From assembly GCF_006345805.1 (NCBI RefSeq), contig NC_042998.1, positions 52,700,001-52,764,000 on the forward strand: a DNA stretch of 64,000 bases, in the 5' to 3' direction. Under the pieces are notes generated by a model. It had not been told where the DNA came from and made no database searches. It saw only the letters and a list, made by a program, of their open reading frames with translations. Shown in pieces: positions 50,185 through 63,262 of the stretch (the stretch's first letter is position 1; each line of letters opens with the position of its first letter). Source of the stretch: Octopus sinensis (Eukaryota). A program made the translations under genes and the position numbers.

Positions 50185-51545
50185 ATTTCATCAAGAATTA
50201 TATAAAAAATAGTTAAAATATTTTGTGTATTGTAGAAGTATAACCAATTTATTGCACATAAAGTTTTAGCAACAAAATCTCAGGTGGGCCTTGATTGAGA
50301 ACCACTGGTGTAGCCAGTAGTACATGTTAAAGATTTTCTGATGCTCCTGGATGGCAGAGAGGTAACAAAGTGAGATGCTATAAAACATGTCAGGATTTTA
50401 GTGTGGATTATTTGTCCCATTTTATTTTTTTTAAGTATTATCCATGTACAATCTTTACAATGAACTTGGTTAATTTTTTGGATTTTGTAGTAGAGTCAAG
50501 AAGGATTATTAATGTTCTTAAAGAGAGATGTGTCAGCTTTTATTTCGTTTCACTCCTCAAGTTCATTAGCTATCTTAATTGTGGGCATGTGTGTATGCAT
50601 GCAAGGCTGTACATGTCTGTCTATCTATGGGCATATATGCATTTATCTTGCAAACTAGCTATTAATAAGAGTATCAATGTATCTACCTACAATATCAATC
50701 TATCTATATAGTGTGTGGTTGCCCGTGTACTTTCTATAATGTATGTGTTCTGTGTGCATGTGTGTGTATGTATTCACACGAACGTATGCATGTGTATATA
50801 TATATATATATATATATATGGATAACTAGATTGATTGATTGTGTATCAAAGATAGAGAAGATTATTATCAATTTTACTGTTGAATCTTTTAATTGCCTTT
50901 ACACATCAACTTATCCTTCAAGACAATTTCTTTCTCTTTCTATTAAAATCACCATTTCTCTCAACAACATCTTTACCTGAAGTACACCTTTTCACACATC
51001 AGTAAATCTTTTTTTCTCCTTCCTTTTTATACACCAACCTAATTTATTTTTGAAATCCACATTTTGCAGTTTTATTCTATTTTATAAAAATTTAAAATTA
51101 ATTTCTATTTACCAATACTTATTTATTTCTCTCTCTCTCTCTCTCTCTCAAGAACAGTTTTCTTTGTTTTTCTTTTTTTATTGTTAATGGGTTTGAAATT
51201 ACCTTGTGCACAATCTCTCCAGTTTTAACAAGCTTATCTAAATTTTTATCCATTTTATTTTTGTCAACACTATTTATTAATAAACTTTATTGTTTTTATT
51301 ATTGCTGCAGTTGTTGTTGTTGTTGTTTTATATCTTTCCAATTGTCAATGAAAAAAGATATGCTAACCTAATTATTGTCTGCTGATTTTATCATAATTCA
51401 TAAGTTAGTTACATCACATTCAGTTCTGCTTAATGGACATTTTTTGAATAAGTATTCTCTGTGATAAATAAATCTATCTTCAGGCATTATGCTAACAGAA
51501 AATACCATGACATTCCAATGTATTAAAATAAACAGATCTATATTT

Positions 51546-52095
51546 GTGAAGTCACATGGCCTAGTGGTTAGGGTGTTGCAATCATGATTTTGTGGTCATG
51601 ATTTCAATTCTCATACTAGTAGTGCATTGTATTCTTGAGTGAAACAGTTCTTTTCACATTGCTCCAATCCACTAAGCTGTAAATAGGTAACCCTGTAAAG
51701 GACTGGCATTCTGTTCAGAAGGAATGTCCACCTGCTTGCCTAGCCAGTGGGATGGCATTATTTGAAAGCTACAAAAATGTGAGGAAGTGCATTGTGACCA
51801 GCAGTGTATAACAACTGCCCATAGTCTGGTTGATACAATGATATCATGATATTTGATATCTTCTACGCATTCCATTTCCATTAGGTAAGCAAAATATATG
51901 TGAAGGTGTGTGACTTATTGGTCAGGGTATTTGGCTCACAATCGTTTGGTTGTGAATTTGATTCCCAGCAATACATTGTGTCCTTGAACAAGACACTTTA
52001 TTTCACATTGCTCTAGTTCACTCACCTGACAAAAATGAGTTGTGCATGTATTTCAAAGAGCCCACCTTGTCACATTCTGCGTCACGCTGAAACAC
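51546..52095 (+). mobile_element. Two SINE family C copies (tail types 3 and 2)
   Basis: Copies at 51546-51870 and 51901-52095. Confidence 0.7.
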
Positions 52096-52833
52096 ACATA
52101 CATATGACGGGCTTCTTTCAGGTTCTGTCTATCAAATCCACTTACAAGGCTATAGTAGAAGTCTTACCCAAGGTGCCACACAAAGGGACTGAACCTGGAA
52201 CCATGTGGCTGGTAATCAAACTTCTTGCCACACAGCCATGCCTGCACCTCAACAAAAAGTAGTTTCAAGCGCGACATTCCTCAACAGAAGATAAATTGAT
52301 ACATAAAACTACTTTCTGCAGTTAAGAGTAATAAAATTTTGAGTTAATATATCTGATTTCTGCAGTAAAAGGATTAAAGCCCATTGATCATGGAATTTTC
52401 TGTTTGGATTATAATTTCTCCTTTTAACCTAACCAAAATTCTGTTCTGATGGCCTGCAAATTTATTGTTCAAATGTTTTTTTTTTTCTCAGCTGTTGACT
52501 TTCAGGTCAATGATGAAGTTGTTGATAACATAGGTTTAGTTGGTTGCTATAACACCAACTATTCTACATCAATGCCCTCAACTGCAGCAGCAGCACTAAT
52601 GCCGCCACCACTGCCACTACCACCACCACCACCACCACAACCACCATTTATCAGGCTGCAGCTATGCTGGAGCACCACCTTCAGGAACTTTTAGTCAGAT
52701 TATTTGAATCCAAGACTTATTTTTTAAAGCCTGGTATTTATCCTTCTGCTGATGGGGAAATAAACAAACCAACACCGGTTGTCAAGTGGTGGTGGTTGTG
52801 GTGGGAGACAAACACAGACACAAAGACGCATAT

Positions 52834-52877
<44 letters not shown>

Positions 52878-55142
52878 CTTTCAATTTCTTTCTACCAAAT
52901 CCACTCACAAGGCTTTGGTCAACTTTTGATAGTTTGATAGTTTAGTCAACGTTTGATAGTTTCAGGCAAATTTCTACTGCATCACCTGTTACACCTCCAT
53001 GTTGCTGGGGTGTGTGCAGTATTGTGTGTTCTTTTCTGTTGGTGGGAGTGTGCAAACTTTCTGGTATTGTATTGCATCAGTTTTTTTCTCTTGAGGTGTG
53101 GTGCAGTCTTTTGTTGTATTACTGCTTGTATTGTATGTTGAGTGTATAATGTGTTGGTTATCTGGCTTGCTGGTGCCAATGTTGTTATTATTACTAATAT
53201 TATTATAATCTATCTATTTATTTAATTTTTAATTATGAATTGAATCAAAATCTTTCAGTTACTCTTTTACTCTTTTACTTGTTTCAGTCATTTGACTGTG
53301 GCCATGCTGGGGTACCGCCTTTAGTCGAGCAAATCGACACCAGGACTTATTCTTTGTAAGCCTAGTACTTATTCTGTCAGTCTCTTTGGCCGAACTGCTA
53401 AGTTACGGGGACATAAACACACCAACATTGGTTGTCAAGCGATGATGCGGGGGGAGGGAGAGCCAAACACAGACACACAAACACATGCAATACTTCAGAA
53501 GGTGCAATATCATACATAATCCAGGGTTATAATCTACAATAAGTCTAATTCTTTTTTACATTCTCCTGCTTGCTTACTTGTCAAGGAGTTATTTTGCTTG
53601 GTTGACAAAAGTAGTCACAAGAAAACCAGTGAAAATAGCTTCTGTGTAGCTTGATGTGGAGGAATGCAGGTTGACCTTAAGCTATTTGCAAATTTAGTGT
53701 CATTATTTTATTTATGCAAATACATGAATGTGCATGCGTGTGTGCATTTGCAAGTATAAGCAAGTGTACGTGTACTTATGTGTATGTGTGTATTTGCATG
53801 TATATTCATGAGTTCATATGTGTGTGTGCGTGTGCATGCATGTGTGTCTGTGTGTGCATGTGTGACATGACATACAAAGGACGTTAAACAAAGCTGTTGA
53901 CCTATAGTTGTTTGCCACCATAATCACCTCCTTGTATTCATGTGTACATGCTTGTGTGTGTGCATTTGTGTGTTTGTGAATGTGTTTTGGCACTCTTAAT
54001 CTGTTATATGTAAATATAAATGAATGCATTTATGTACACAGCCATAAATATAACAATAGATTAGATGAGAAAAGTGTTTATCAGTAGTTTATGAAAGTGT
54101 GATGCGAAAAGGAGAAGAAATCTGAGATTTCAGCCATGAGGGTAATCCAGATGATATATAAGATAACAAGAAGTATGTTGTAGGTGTTTTGAGGAGATGA
54201 CGTGACATATTATAACAGTATTTCCAGAAGAATGCCTGTCATTGAATAAAAAAATTATTTTGAATATTTGCCACTTGCTAGCTAAACCCACTACCCCACT
54301 TATCATCACATATTTATCCCACCATCATAGCATTCTGTGACAAGTAAATATAACTGATCAGCTGATTATAGTTTTGCCACTTACAACATATCTCTCATTC
54401 ACTAAAGACAATCGCACACATACACACACACACACACATACATATACATATGCATGCCTAAATGCTTAGCCATCACTTGCAAGTGAGTATGATATAGTAG
54501 CTTAATATACCATGGTCTTGCTAGTTATTTTGGGTGCCTATGTAGCCATGAGCCAAGTATACATAGACATGTAATCTCAGCAATCCCACACTTAATCCAG
54601 GTGAACATTGAGGATGTGATAGCTAGAGGGAGCCAGAAAGACCAGCATCATCATCGTCATCATCATCATCAGTTAACATCCATTGTTGAATCTGGCATGG
54701 GTTGGATGGTGTGACCAGAGCTGGCATTCTGAAGGGTTGCACCAGACTCCAGTCAGATTTGGCATGGTTTCTACAGCTGGATGCCCTTCCTAACACCAAC
54801 CACTTTACAGAGTATGCTAGATGCTTTTATGTGGCACCACATGGGTGTTTTTACATGTCACTGCATAGATGCTTTTACATGTTTCTGCACATAAACAGCT
54901 ACTATTGATGTTTCGCCACATCCAAACATCTACCATTGACAAGGCCAGGCAAGGATGAAATGAAGTGAACTGGCAGTCTTAGCAGTGGTGGTGGTGGGGG
55001 GGGGTGATTTATCTCTCTGCTAAAAGAGTGCTTATATGCACCAAAAGCTAATATCAAATGTTTTTGCATGGTGACTTTCACAGTACTCTGTGTTTTAACA
55101 AAACTTCCACTTTTAAGTGGGGATAAATATTACATTATATTA

Positions 55143-55330
55143 TGTTTTGAGTCTGTTGGTTTGTAGTAGCTGTCAGTTGCAATTTCGTTGTTGGATTATT
55201 TTATAATCAAAATGTCCAGAAATGGGAGTTGTTCCTTGCTATATTCCATTGTAAATTGAATATTGGAGTTTATATTGTTCAGTGTGGATTTGAAATCCAG
55301 AAGTTTATCATAGGTTTCATTCCAGATGAT
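55143..55330 (-). mobile_element. Inverted 5' segment of the same Penelope-like RT
   Basis: Minus strand translates IIWNETYDKLLDFKSTLNNINSNIQFTMEYSKEQLPFLDILII*SNNEIATDSYYKPTDSK, the PLE RT segment that directly precedes QYL. Confidence 0.85.
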
Positions 55331-56213
55331 CAAAACAGTATCTCCCTTTCAGTTCATGCCATCCTAAACACACCAGAATGAATATCCCATTCAATCTAGT
55401 AAAAAGGATCTGTACAATTGTATCTGACACAACCACTCAGGAACATCGCCTACAAGACCTCAAAATAACACTCATTGAAAGTCAATACCCACCTGCACTT
55501 ATAAGCCATGGAATTAAATGTGCCAAGAAATTTGACACAAATGCACTAAGGACAACAAAACAAAACACCAAACCTCACTTTAAATCACTCCCATACATAT
55601 CAACCTACAACCCCAGAAACAATGAAGCATGCAACACAATTATACAAAATCTCCCACCTCTCACTCAAGATCTGAAAATGAACAAAGTCCTAAATACATA
55701 TAAACTCCTCAAATGCAAATGACAACACAAATCACTTAAGAGACTCCTAACAAATGCAAAACTATATTCAATACATATGATACCAACAGTTAAAAAATGC
55801 AGACGACCTAATTGTGGTACATGCCCATACCTAACTGAAGGCTCGGAATTCACATTACAGCAAGGAGAAAAATTCTCAATTAAGACCAACTTCACATGTG
55901 CTTCTCAGAACCTTATCTATGTCCTAGCCGGCTCAGGTTGTGTCCTAGCCGGCACAATTATGTGGGCCAAATGAGCCTTACTTTGAGATGCAGAGTCATG
56001 TTGCATAAAGAACAGATTTTTTCTTTCAATACAGGCAGATAGCCCTGAGTGAACATATCAACAGATGCGTAAGAAATAAAATGCCAAATTTCCATATCTT
56101 TCCATATCTTTCCATTATACCAATGCAAAAATTCAATCTCCTTACAAGAATGCCTAAACAAGGAAAACCTATTCATACAAAAGTACAGACCACACCTTAA
56201 TATACAAACTTGA
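55331..56213 (+). mobile_element. Penelope-like retroelement, RT C-terminus plus GIY-YIG endonuclease (degenerate)
   Basis: KQYLPFSSCHPKHTRMNIPFNLVKRICTIV...LPYISTYNP...CRRPNCGTCPY...NFTCASQNLIYV...NYVGQ...ENLFIQKYRPHLN, with stops and frameshifts. Confidence 0.9.
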
Positions 56214-56433
56214 CTACCTGATCCTTACACATTCCTCTTTCAACAATTATACGGAGGAGTTAGTTGTCTCACTTGCTACCTGATGCCTCCCTTTGTCCAC
56301 TCTCTAGACTAATTCTTACTTTTCAAGCATCCAAAGTGGTGAGACCTCTTTGTCACAAGAATTGATTACTTCACAATGTCACTTGGAAAGCTAATTTAAA
56401 TTGCAAAAGCTGGTTGGATATCATGACATCCAT

Positions 56434-56464
<31 letters not shown>

Positions 56465-56554
56465 TTCTTTATAAAAAGATATTAAATTATGTAAAACAAA
56501 GGCATTTCTCTTCCACTTTTTATATATGTTTTCCACATATTTTTTACCTACCTA

Positions 56555-56596
<42 letters not shown>

Positions 56597-57199
56597 GCTT
56601 CTTTCAGCTTCTGTCTCCCAAATCTCCTCACAAGGCTTTGGTCAGCCTGAGGCTATAGAAGATGACACTTGCCCAAGGTGCTACACAGTGGGACTGAACT
56701 CAGAGCCATGTGGTTATGAAGCAAGTTTCTTACCACACATTCACACCTGCACTCACACATACAGATAGATAGATATGTGTCTGTGTGTGCATGTATACAC
56801 ACATATATATATGTGTGTGTGTGTCTGTGTGTCTGTGTATGTACATATATGTATGTAATCATATTTATATATGTATGCATATGTATACCTATACTAATGA
56901 TTTGTATTTTGAATACATTTAATGATATGTACGTCTTCAAGTGGTTATATATAGAGTGGATATCTCCATAACCACTTGTTACATAACTACTTGAAACGTG
57001 TATCATTAAATGTATTCGAAATAAAAATAACTGGCTTCTATCATAGTTCAAATAGTATGGGAATCATATTTCTGACAACCTAGCCTACCTTCGCTTGGGT
57101 AATATGACTATGGTGTAATACAGATGTAGGAGTGGAATGCTGAACTAAGCATTGAGGCAATGATGTATTGCATTAACATGAAATACTAAATATATATTA

Positions 57200-57765
57200 G
57201 GGTTTTTAGTCGAAGAAATCGACCTCAGGAATTATTCTTTGTAAGCCTGGTGCTTATTCTATCAGTTTTTTTTGCCGAACCACTAAGTTACAGGGATGTA
57301 ACACACCAACATTGGTTGTCAAGCAATGGTGGGGAGACAAACACAAAAACACACACACACATACACAAACACACACAGACACACACACACAGGGTGTCCC
57401 AGAAGTCACACACCATTCTAGTTTTCATTTTAAATAATTAAAGCATTTTATTTTATTATATTTGTTTTGGCATGTTTTACTGTAGAGGGTGCTCAATTTG
57501 AGCATTTGCTACGATTAATTTCAATAAAGTATTTTTGAAATCAGTAAGAATGTATTCTTTTAAAAAACCACAGTGGTGCGCAACTTCTGGGATAACCCTG
57601 TATATATATGATGGTCTTCTTTCAGTTTCCATCTACCAAATAAACTCACAAGGTTTTGGTCAGTCCAAATTGAAGACACTTGCCAAAAGTACTACACAGT
57701 GGGACTGAACCCAGGACCATGTGATTTGGAAGCAAGCTTCCTGCCACACAGCCACACCTGCACCT
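57200..57765 (-). mobile_element. SINE family A interrupted by a MITE
   Basis: Halves at 57200-57370 and 57610-57765 flank the 57390-57600 MITE. Confidence 0.8.
57390..57600. mobile_element. Tc1/mariner-type MITE
   Basis: CAGGGTGTCCCAGAAGT...ACTTCTGGGATAACCCTG|TA terminal inverted repeats. Confidence 0.8.
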
Positions 57766-58311
57766 ATATATCTTTTATCTTCTACTTGTTTCAGTCATTG
57801 GACTGCAGCCATGCTGGGGCATTGCCTTGAATGGTTCAATCAAACAAATCAAACCCCCCAGTACTTATTTTCTTTTAAGCTTGGTACTCATTTTGTTGGT
57901 CTCTTCTGCTAAACTGCCAAGTTATGAGCATGTAAATAAATCGACACCAGTTATCAAGCAGTGGTGGTGGGACAAACACAAAGACACACACACACACACA
58001 CACACACACACAAGTTGTCCAAGCTAAATTCAATAGATTTATTTTTATGTCTCCTTTAATCAAGAAGAACTAGATTTATTGGTTAACAGTCAATGGCATT
58101 GGAGAGCATACAGATTAAAGTTGTAGTTGAGAAAAAGCTAGCTGACATACTTCAGTAGAATTTTATTTAACGTAGTCATAAAACATTGCATCATGACATA
58201 CAGTCCACCATCTTCAGATAAAGTTAGTTAAGGAAGCTTTTGAACAGTTGGACATGCAGGTGCAGATGCACACACACGTGAGTGCATTTGTGCATGTGTA
58301 CATCATATGCA

Positions 58312-58356
<45 letters not shown>

Positions 58357-58485
58357 GATATATAATGAAACTGATTTACCTTGGATATATGAATACTAGG
58401 AACATAATGGGAATAATGTAATTTTTAGCTCTTTATAAATGGGTGAACAGACTTTAGAAGTGGTTTTATCTCTTATTTAATTTAT

Positions 58486-58542
<57 letters not shown>

Positions 58543-60059
58543 CATACACACATACATATAAACACACACACACACTTAAAATACAAAACTTTTCTCCCAA
58601 AAGGTGTGACATTCTCCCATTCCAATAAAAAATTTAAATATAAATAACTTTTAAAATAACCTTTTTTTTATATATATTGTGATTACATCAACTACTTTTT
58701 GCAAAAACTTTTAAATTTAGATATTTATTCAGATGTGGCTGTGCAGTGAGGAGTTAGCTTTCCAACCACATGGTCCCAGGTTCACTCCCATTGTGTGACA
58801 CCTTGGGTAAGTATTTTCTGCTACAGCCTTGGGCCCACCAAATCCTTGTGAGTGGAATTGGTAGACAGAAACTGAAAGAACCTCTTAGTATATACATATG
58901 TGTGTGTGTGTGTGTTTGTGTGTGTGTGTTTGTCACCGACCACTACTTGATAACTGTTACTGCCATGTTTTACTCTATGTAACCTAGTGGGTCAGCAAAA
59001 TGTACATATAGTTGTATACAGTTACAGAAATACTAATGTATAAAGTGCAACAATTACATTGCTTTATAGAATATGCAAATAAGTAGTCACTTGACTCAAG
59101 TGGTCAATACTGAGAAAAGCCAAGCCATATTGCTGCTCTAGTTATTAATGTGCAGCTGTCAATCTTATACCATTATGCAGATAAGTTTATCGTAAACAAT
59201 CATGTTTACATTTTTGATAAATAATCCTACAGAAAAATCTGTCAGTTTGGAGAGCAGAAGTAAACAATCCCTGATGAGTCTTAAGAAATACAAAACTAGA
59301 CTAATTGGTTCAATTTCCACTCCAAGCTGCTGATTGATCTGTCATTTAACCACAGGGCCTAATTTCACAGCAATTTTAAATAAATGTACATTAAACTGAT
59401 GGATCAATATCAAGTGGATGATGACTACAGCAAATCTTAACACCTAAGCCAGCAAATGAAGAGGACTATTCATGATGGACATGCAAGAGAAGGTGCCACT
59501 CAAAACCATTACCAGATCAGTGGCAGTCTTTTACAGTTTCATAACTGGATCCCACATGTCTCATTCTATATGCACTGCAGAGGAAGGCCATGAAACTAAG
59601 TGTGTGGGTTACTTCCTGGCAAGTCGAGGTCCACCTTAAACAAATCCACACCATTGGCACTTTCATCTACTCTGATTGTCTTTTACTTTCAACCATTTAG
59701 GTACGAGATATTTTCAGGTAATTAAGAGGTGTAATTTTCTGAACTCCTGAAGCTAATTAAAGAAACATTTACAACAGGTAATATGCCAGCTTTAATACCT
59801 CATATATATTAACTATATTTATTTACGATATTTCACAACTCAGAGTTTGAAATAAAATAAGATTTTTTTCTGTCAAGTTTTTAAACCCCCAAATTCTTGT
59901 AACTAAAACAATATTTCATTTCATCAGTTTCATATAATACTGTATTTGCTTTTTTGTAGTGCATATTCAGCTAAATATTTGCCCTGTAAAAAGTATATTT
60001 GTGTTTAGGTTTCACTTGTACATGGCTACAAGATGTATATATATATATTCACATATATA

Positions 60060-60618
60060 GGCACAGGCATCGCTGTGTGGTAAGAAGTTTGCTTCTTAAC
60101 CACAAGGTTTTGGGTTCAGTCCCACTGCATGAAACCTTGAGTAAGTGTCTTCTACTATAGCCTTGGGCTGACCAAATCCTTGTGAATGGATTTATTGGAC
60201 GGAAACTGAAAGAAGCCTGTCTTATACATGTGTGTGTATCTCTGTGTCTGTGTTTGTCCCCACTACCAGCTGACAACCAGTGTTGGTATGTTTACGTACC
60301 TATAACTTAGTGGTAACAAAAATAACAAGTCCTAGAGTCGATTTGTTCAACTAAAAAGACCTTCAAGGCAGTGCCCCTGCATGGCTACAGTCAAATGAAT
60401 GAAACAAGTAAAAGATAAAAAAAAAGATGTATATATATATAGATAGGCGTAGGAGTGGCTGTGTGGTAAGTAGCTTGCTTACCAGCCACATGGTTCCAGG
60501 TTCAGTCCCACTGCATGGCTCCTTGGGCAAGTGTCTTCTAATAGAGCCTCAGGCCAACCAAGGCCTTGTGAGTGGATTTGGTAGACGGAAACTGAAAGAA
60601 GCTCATCGTATATATGTG

Positions 60619-60680
<62 letters not shown>

Positions 60681-60902
60681 ATACGTATGTATGTGTATGT
60701 TTGTGTGTCTGCATTTGTCCCTTCCAACATCGCTTGTCAACCGATGTTGGTGTGTCTACATCCCGTAGCCTAGCGGTTCAGCAAAAGAGACCGATAGAAT
60801 AAGTACTAGGCTTACAAAGAATAAGTCCTGGGGTCGATTTGCTTGACTAAAGGTGGTGCTCCAGCATGGCCACAGTCAAATGACTGAAACAAGTAAAAGA
60901 GT
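60060..60902 (+). mobile_element. Two tandem SINE family A copies (60060-60420, 60446-60902)
   Basis: Head-to-tail copies; the second has an expanded internal (TA)n. Confidence 0.9.
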
Positions 60903-61181
60903 ATATACAAACACACACAAAACAATACAAAACAAAAAAAATGGTTTTTGGCATCATTGAATGGGGACTGAACTGATTTGTTATATGTTTATTAAGGGTT
61001 CCAGACTGCTGAGAGATTTTTGTAATAGACTACTTATAAAAAAAAAATGTAAATATTATTTCTGATAAGACTCATTTACATAATGAAACAAGTCTGACAG
61101 CTGGACATTAATAACAAGAGCATCAATACAATCTGACTTATGAATAAGTGTATGTCTGTGATACATGTGTGTGTATGTATA

Positions 61182-61235
<54 letters not shown>

Positions 61236-61659
61236 TATATACATATATATATACATATATATATACCTGTATCTCTTATTATAAAAGGCAGATTTTATCT
61301 GCCTCCCTTTGGGAGTTATACAAATCTACAATATAGGATTTCTTCAATTACAATTTACCTAGCATTTTTAAGAGTACAATGTATCGCGTCATGCCAAGTC
61401 CAGTTTTTAAAATTTAAACTCCAATTAAGCAAAATTTACAGAAAACTCACATTCTGGTGTGTGTGTCAAATGCTTTTCTTAGTCTGGTTTACACCACACG
61501 CAAACGCACACACACACACAAAGGGAGCGAATTGTTTCACTGACGCTATCACCCTTCTCCTCCTTTGTCTTTGCAAGTTTGCAGCTATTAAAGTGAAAAC
61601 AGTGAATCCGACAGCGATAAAGAAAACGAATTGGTACCTGAATGGAGTGAAAATTTAAA

Positions 61660-61910
61660 AACTGTTTCTTTCGGTGAGTTTTCTGAAGAAACTGGACCAA
61701 GCCACAGACTTTCCCAAAAGAGTAAAGCCTTAGACTATTTCTATTTACTTTTTCGAATGAGCCTATTTGAAATCATTACGCTAAACGTAAACAAACCGAA
61801 AGAAAGGATAGTTTGTTATTTCCCACAACCTTCAATGAAATTAAGGCCTATTTTGCCATAAATATTATTATGGGTATCAGAAAGTTACCCAGAATAACAA
61901 ATTCTATTGT
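61660..61910 (+). pseudogene. piggyBac (PGBD4-like, DDE_Tnp_1_7) transposase fragment inside the Helitron
   Basis: FSEETGPSHRLSQKSKALDYFYLLF followed, after a frameshift, by TTFNEIKAYFAINIIMGIRKLPRI. This resembles the piggyBac pattern GP...LDYF.LFF...T..EI.AF.G..I.MG..KLP. Confidence 0.8.
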
Positions 61911-62249
61911 AAAATTTTGTTGTATACCCAATTGAATATTAGCTAATAACCCATTTTCTATAGCGATGTTTGAACAAAATTTTAATAATTTTACAGAAAG
62001 TTACCCAGAATAACAAATTCTATCATAAAATTTTGTTGTATACCCAATTGAATATTAGCTAATAACCCATTTTCTATAGCGATGTTTGAACAAAATTTTA
62101 ATAATTTTACAGAAAGTTACCCAGAATAACAAATTCTATCGTAAAATTTTGTTGTATACCCAATTGAATATTAGCTAATAACCCATTTTCTATAGCGATG
62201 TTTGAACAAAATTTTAATAATTTTACAGAAAGTTACCCAGAATAACAAA
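61879..62249 (+). repeat. Tandem array, 116-bp unit, 3 full copies plus a partial copy
   Basis: AGAAAGTTACCCAGAATAACAAA starts at 61879, 61995, 62111 and 62227; units are near-identical. Confidence 0.95.
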
Positions 62250-62586
62250 CGAGCCCTTCTGGGTATTAGCGCGCGTCTACGATGAGTCTACGATTTAAAA
62301 AAAAATTACCATCATATTTTTCCATTTTAATGCATTTTTTCGCTTTTATATAAGGGAAGTAACTCTCTAAAAATATCTACGATGTGTCAACGATTTAAAG
62401 AAAAATTTACCTTAATTTTTTTTCAATTTTTAATGCATTTTTTTGCTACTTTTTGGCTATAACTCTCTAAAAATGCTTATATAGTTATTTCCCTTACAAC
62501 CCGAGCAACGCCGGGCGATACTGCTAGTATATATATATATATATATATACACACACATACACATACATATGTATATATATATATCC

Positions 62587-62618
<32 letters not shown>

Positions 62619-62658
62619 GTATATACACACATGCAAGTGTGCATGCACACACACACGT

Positions 62659-62700
<42 letters not shown>

Positions 62701-62701
62701 A

Positions 62702-62990
62702 TGAAGGTGCAGGATTTAGTGGTTAGAGTATTTGACTCATGAGTGTAAAGTCATGAGTTCAGTTCCTGGCAGTCCACAGTGTCCTTGAGCAAGACACTTT
62801 ATTTCATATCGCTCCAGTCTGCTTAGCTGGCAAAAATGAGCTGTACCTCTCATGGTGGATCTCCACGAGAATTGTGTTAAGAGTAAGTGTGCTTGTACAG
62901 TGCTTAACCACTTGCATGTTAATTTCACAAGCAAGCTGTTCCGTTGATTGGTTGAAATAAAATACTTGTCATTGTAACCAATGGAATGTC
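62702..62990 (+). mobile_element. SINE family C, tail type 2 (partly deleted)
   Basis: Head, core and GAGCTGTACC...TGCATGTTAATTTCAC..GCTGTTCCGTTGAT. Confidence 0.75.
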
Positions 62991-63031
62991 AGGTTATACA
63001 ATACATATATATATATACATATATATATGAA

Positions 63032-63262
63032 GGCGGCGAGCTGGCAGAAACGTTAGCACGCCGGGTGAAATGCGTAGCTGTATTTCGTCTGCCGTTACGT
63101 TCTGAGTTCAAATTCCGCCGAGGTTGACTTTGCCTTTCATCCTTTTGGGGTCGATAAATTAGGTACCAGTTACGCACTGGGGTTGATGTAATCGACTTAA
63201 TCCATTTGTCTGTCATTGTTTGTCTCTTCTGTGTTTAGCCCCTTGTGGGTAGTAAAGAAATA
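63032..63262 (+). mobile_element. SINE family B (AAAGAAATA-tail variant)
   Basis: Near-identical to 48339-48568; inserted in (TA)n. Confidence 0.95.

Larger units (their letters stand above)
61272..62527 (+). mobile_element. Non-autonomous Helitron with cargo (piggyBac fragment plus 116-bp tandem array)
   Basis: 5' a|TC at 61271/61272, subterminal hairpin CCCGAGCAACGCCGGG at 62500-62515, 3' CTAG|t at 62524-62528: the canonical Helitron ends and A|T target. Its 3' part is shared with 14103-14571. Confidence 0.85.

Noticed and set aside
59265-59305. CTGATGAGTC...AAAAC hammerhead-like start
   Set aside because: G12 and the cleavage triplet are missing and helix II is mismatched; at best a dead relic.
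3172-63216. Most ORFs in the supplied track (poly-YI/CV/HT/I/T peptides and FQSFDCSHAGAPP/PRCHAVGLN-type peptides)
   Set aside because: They are read-throughs of microsatellites and SINE copies, not genes.
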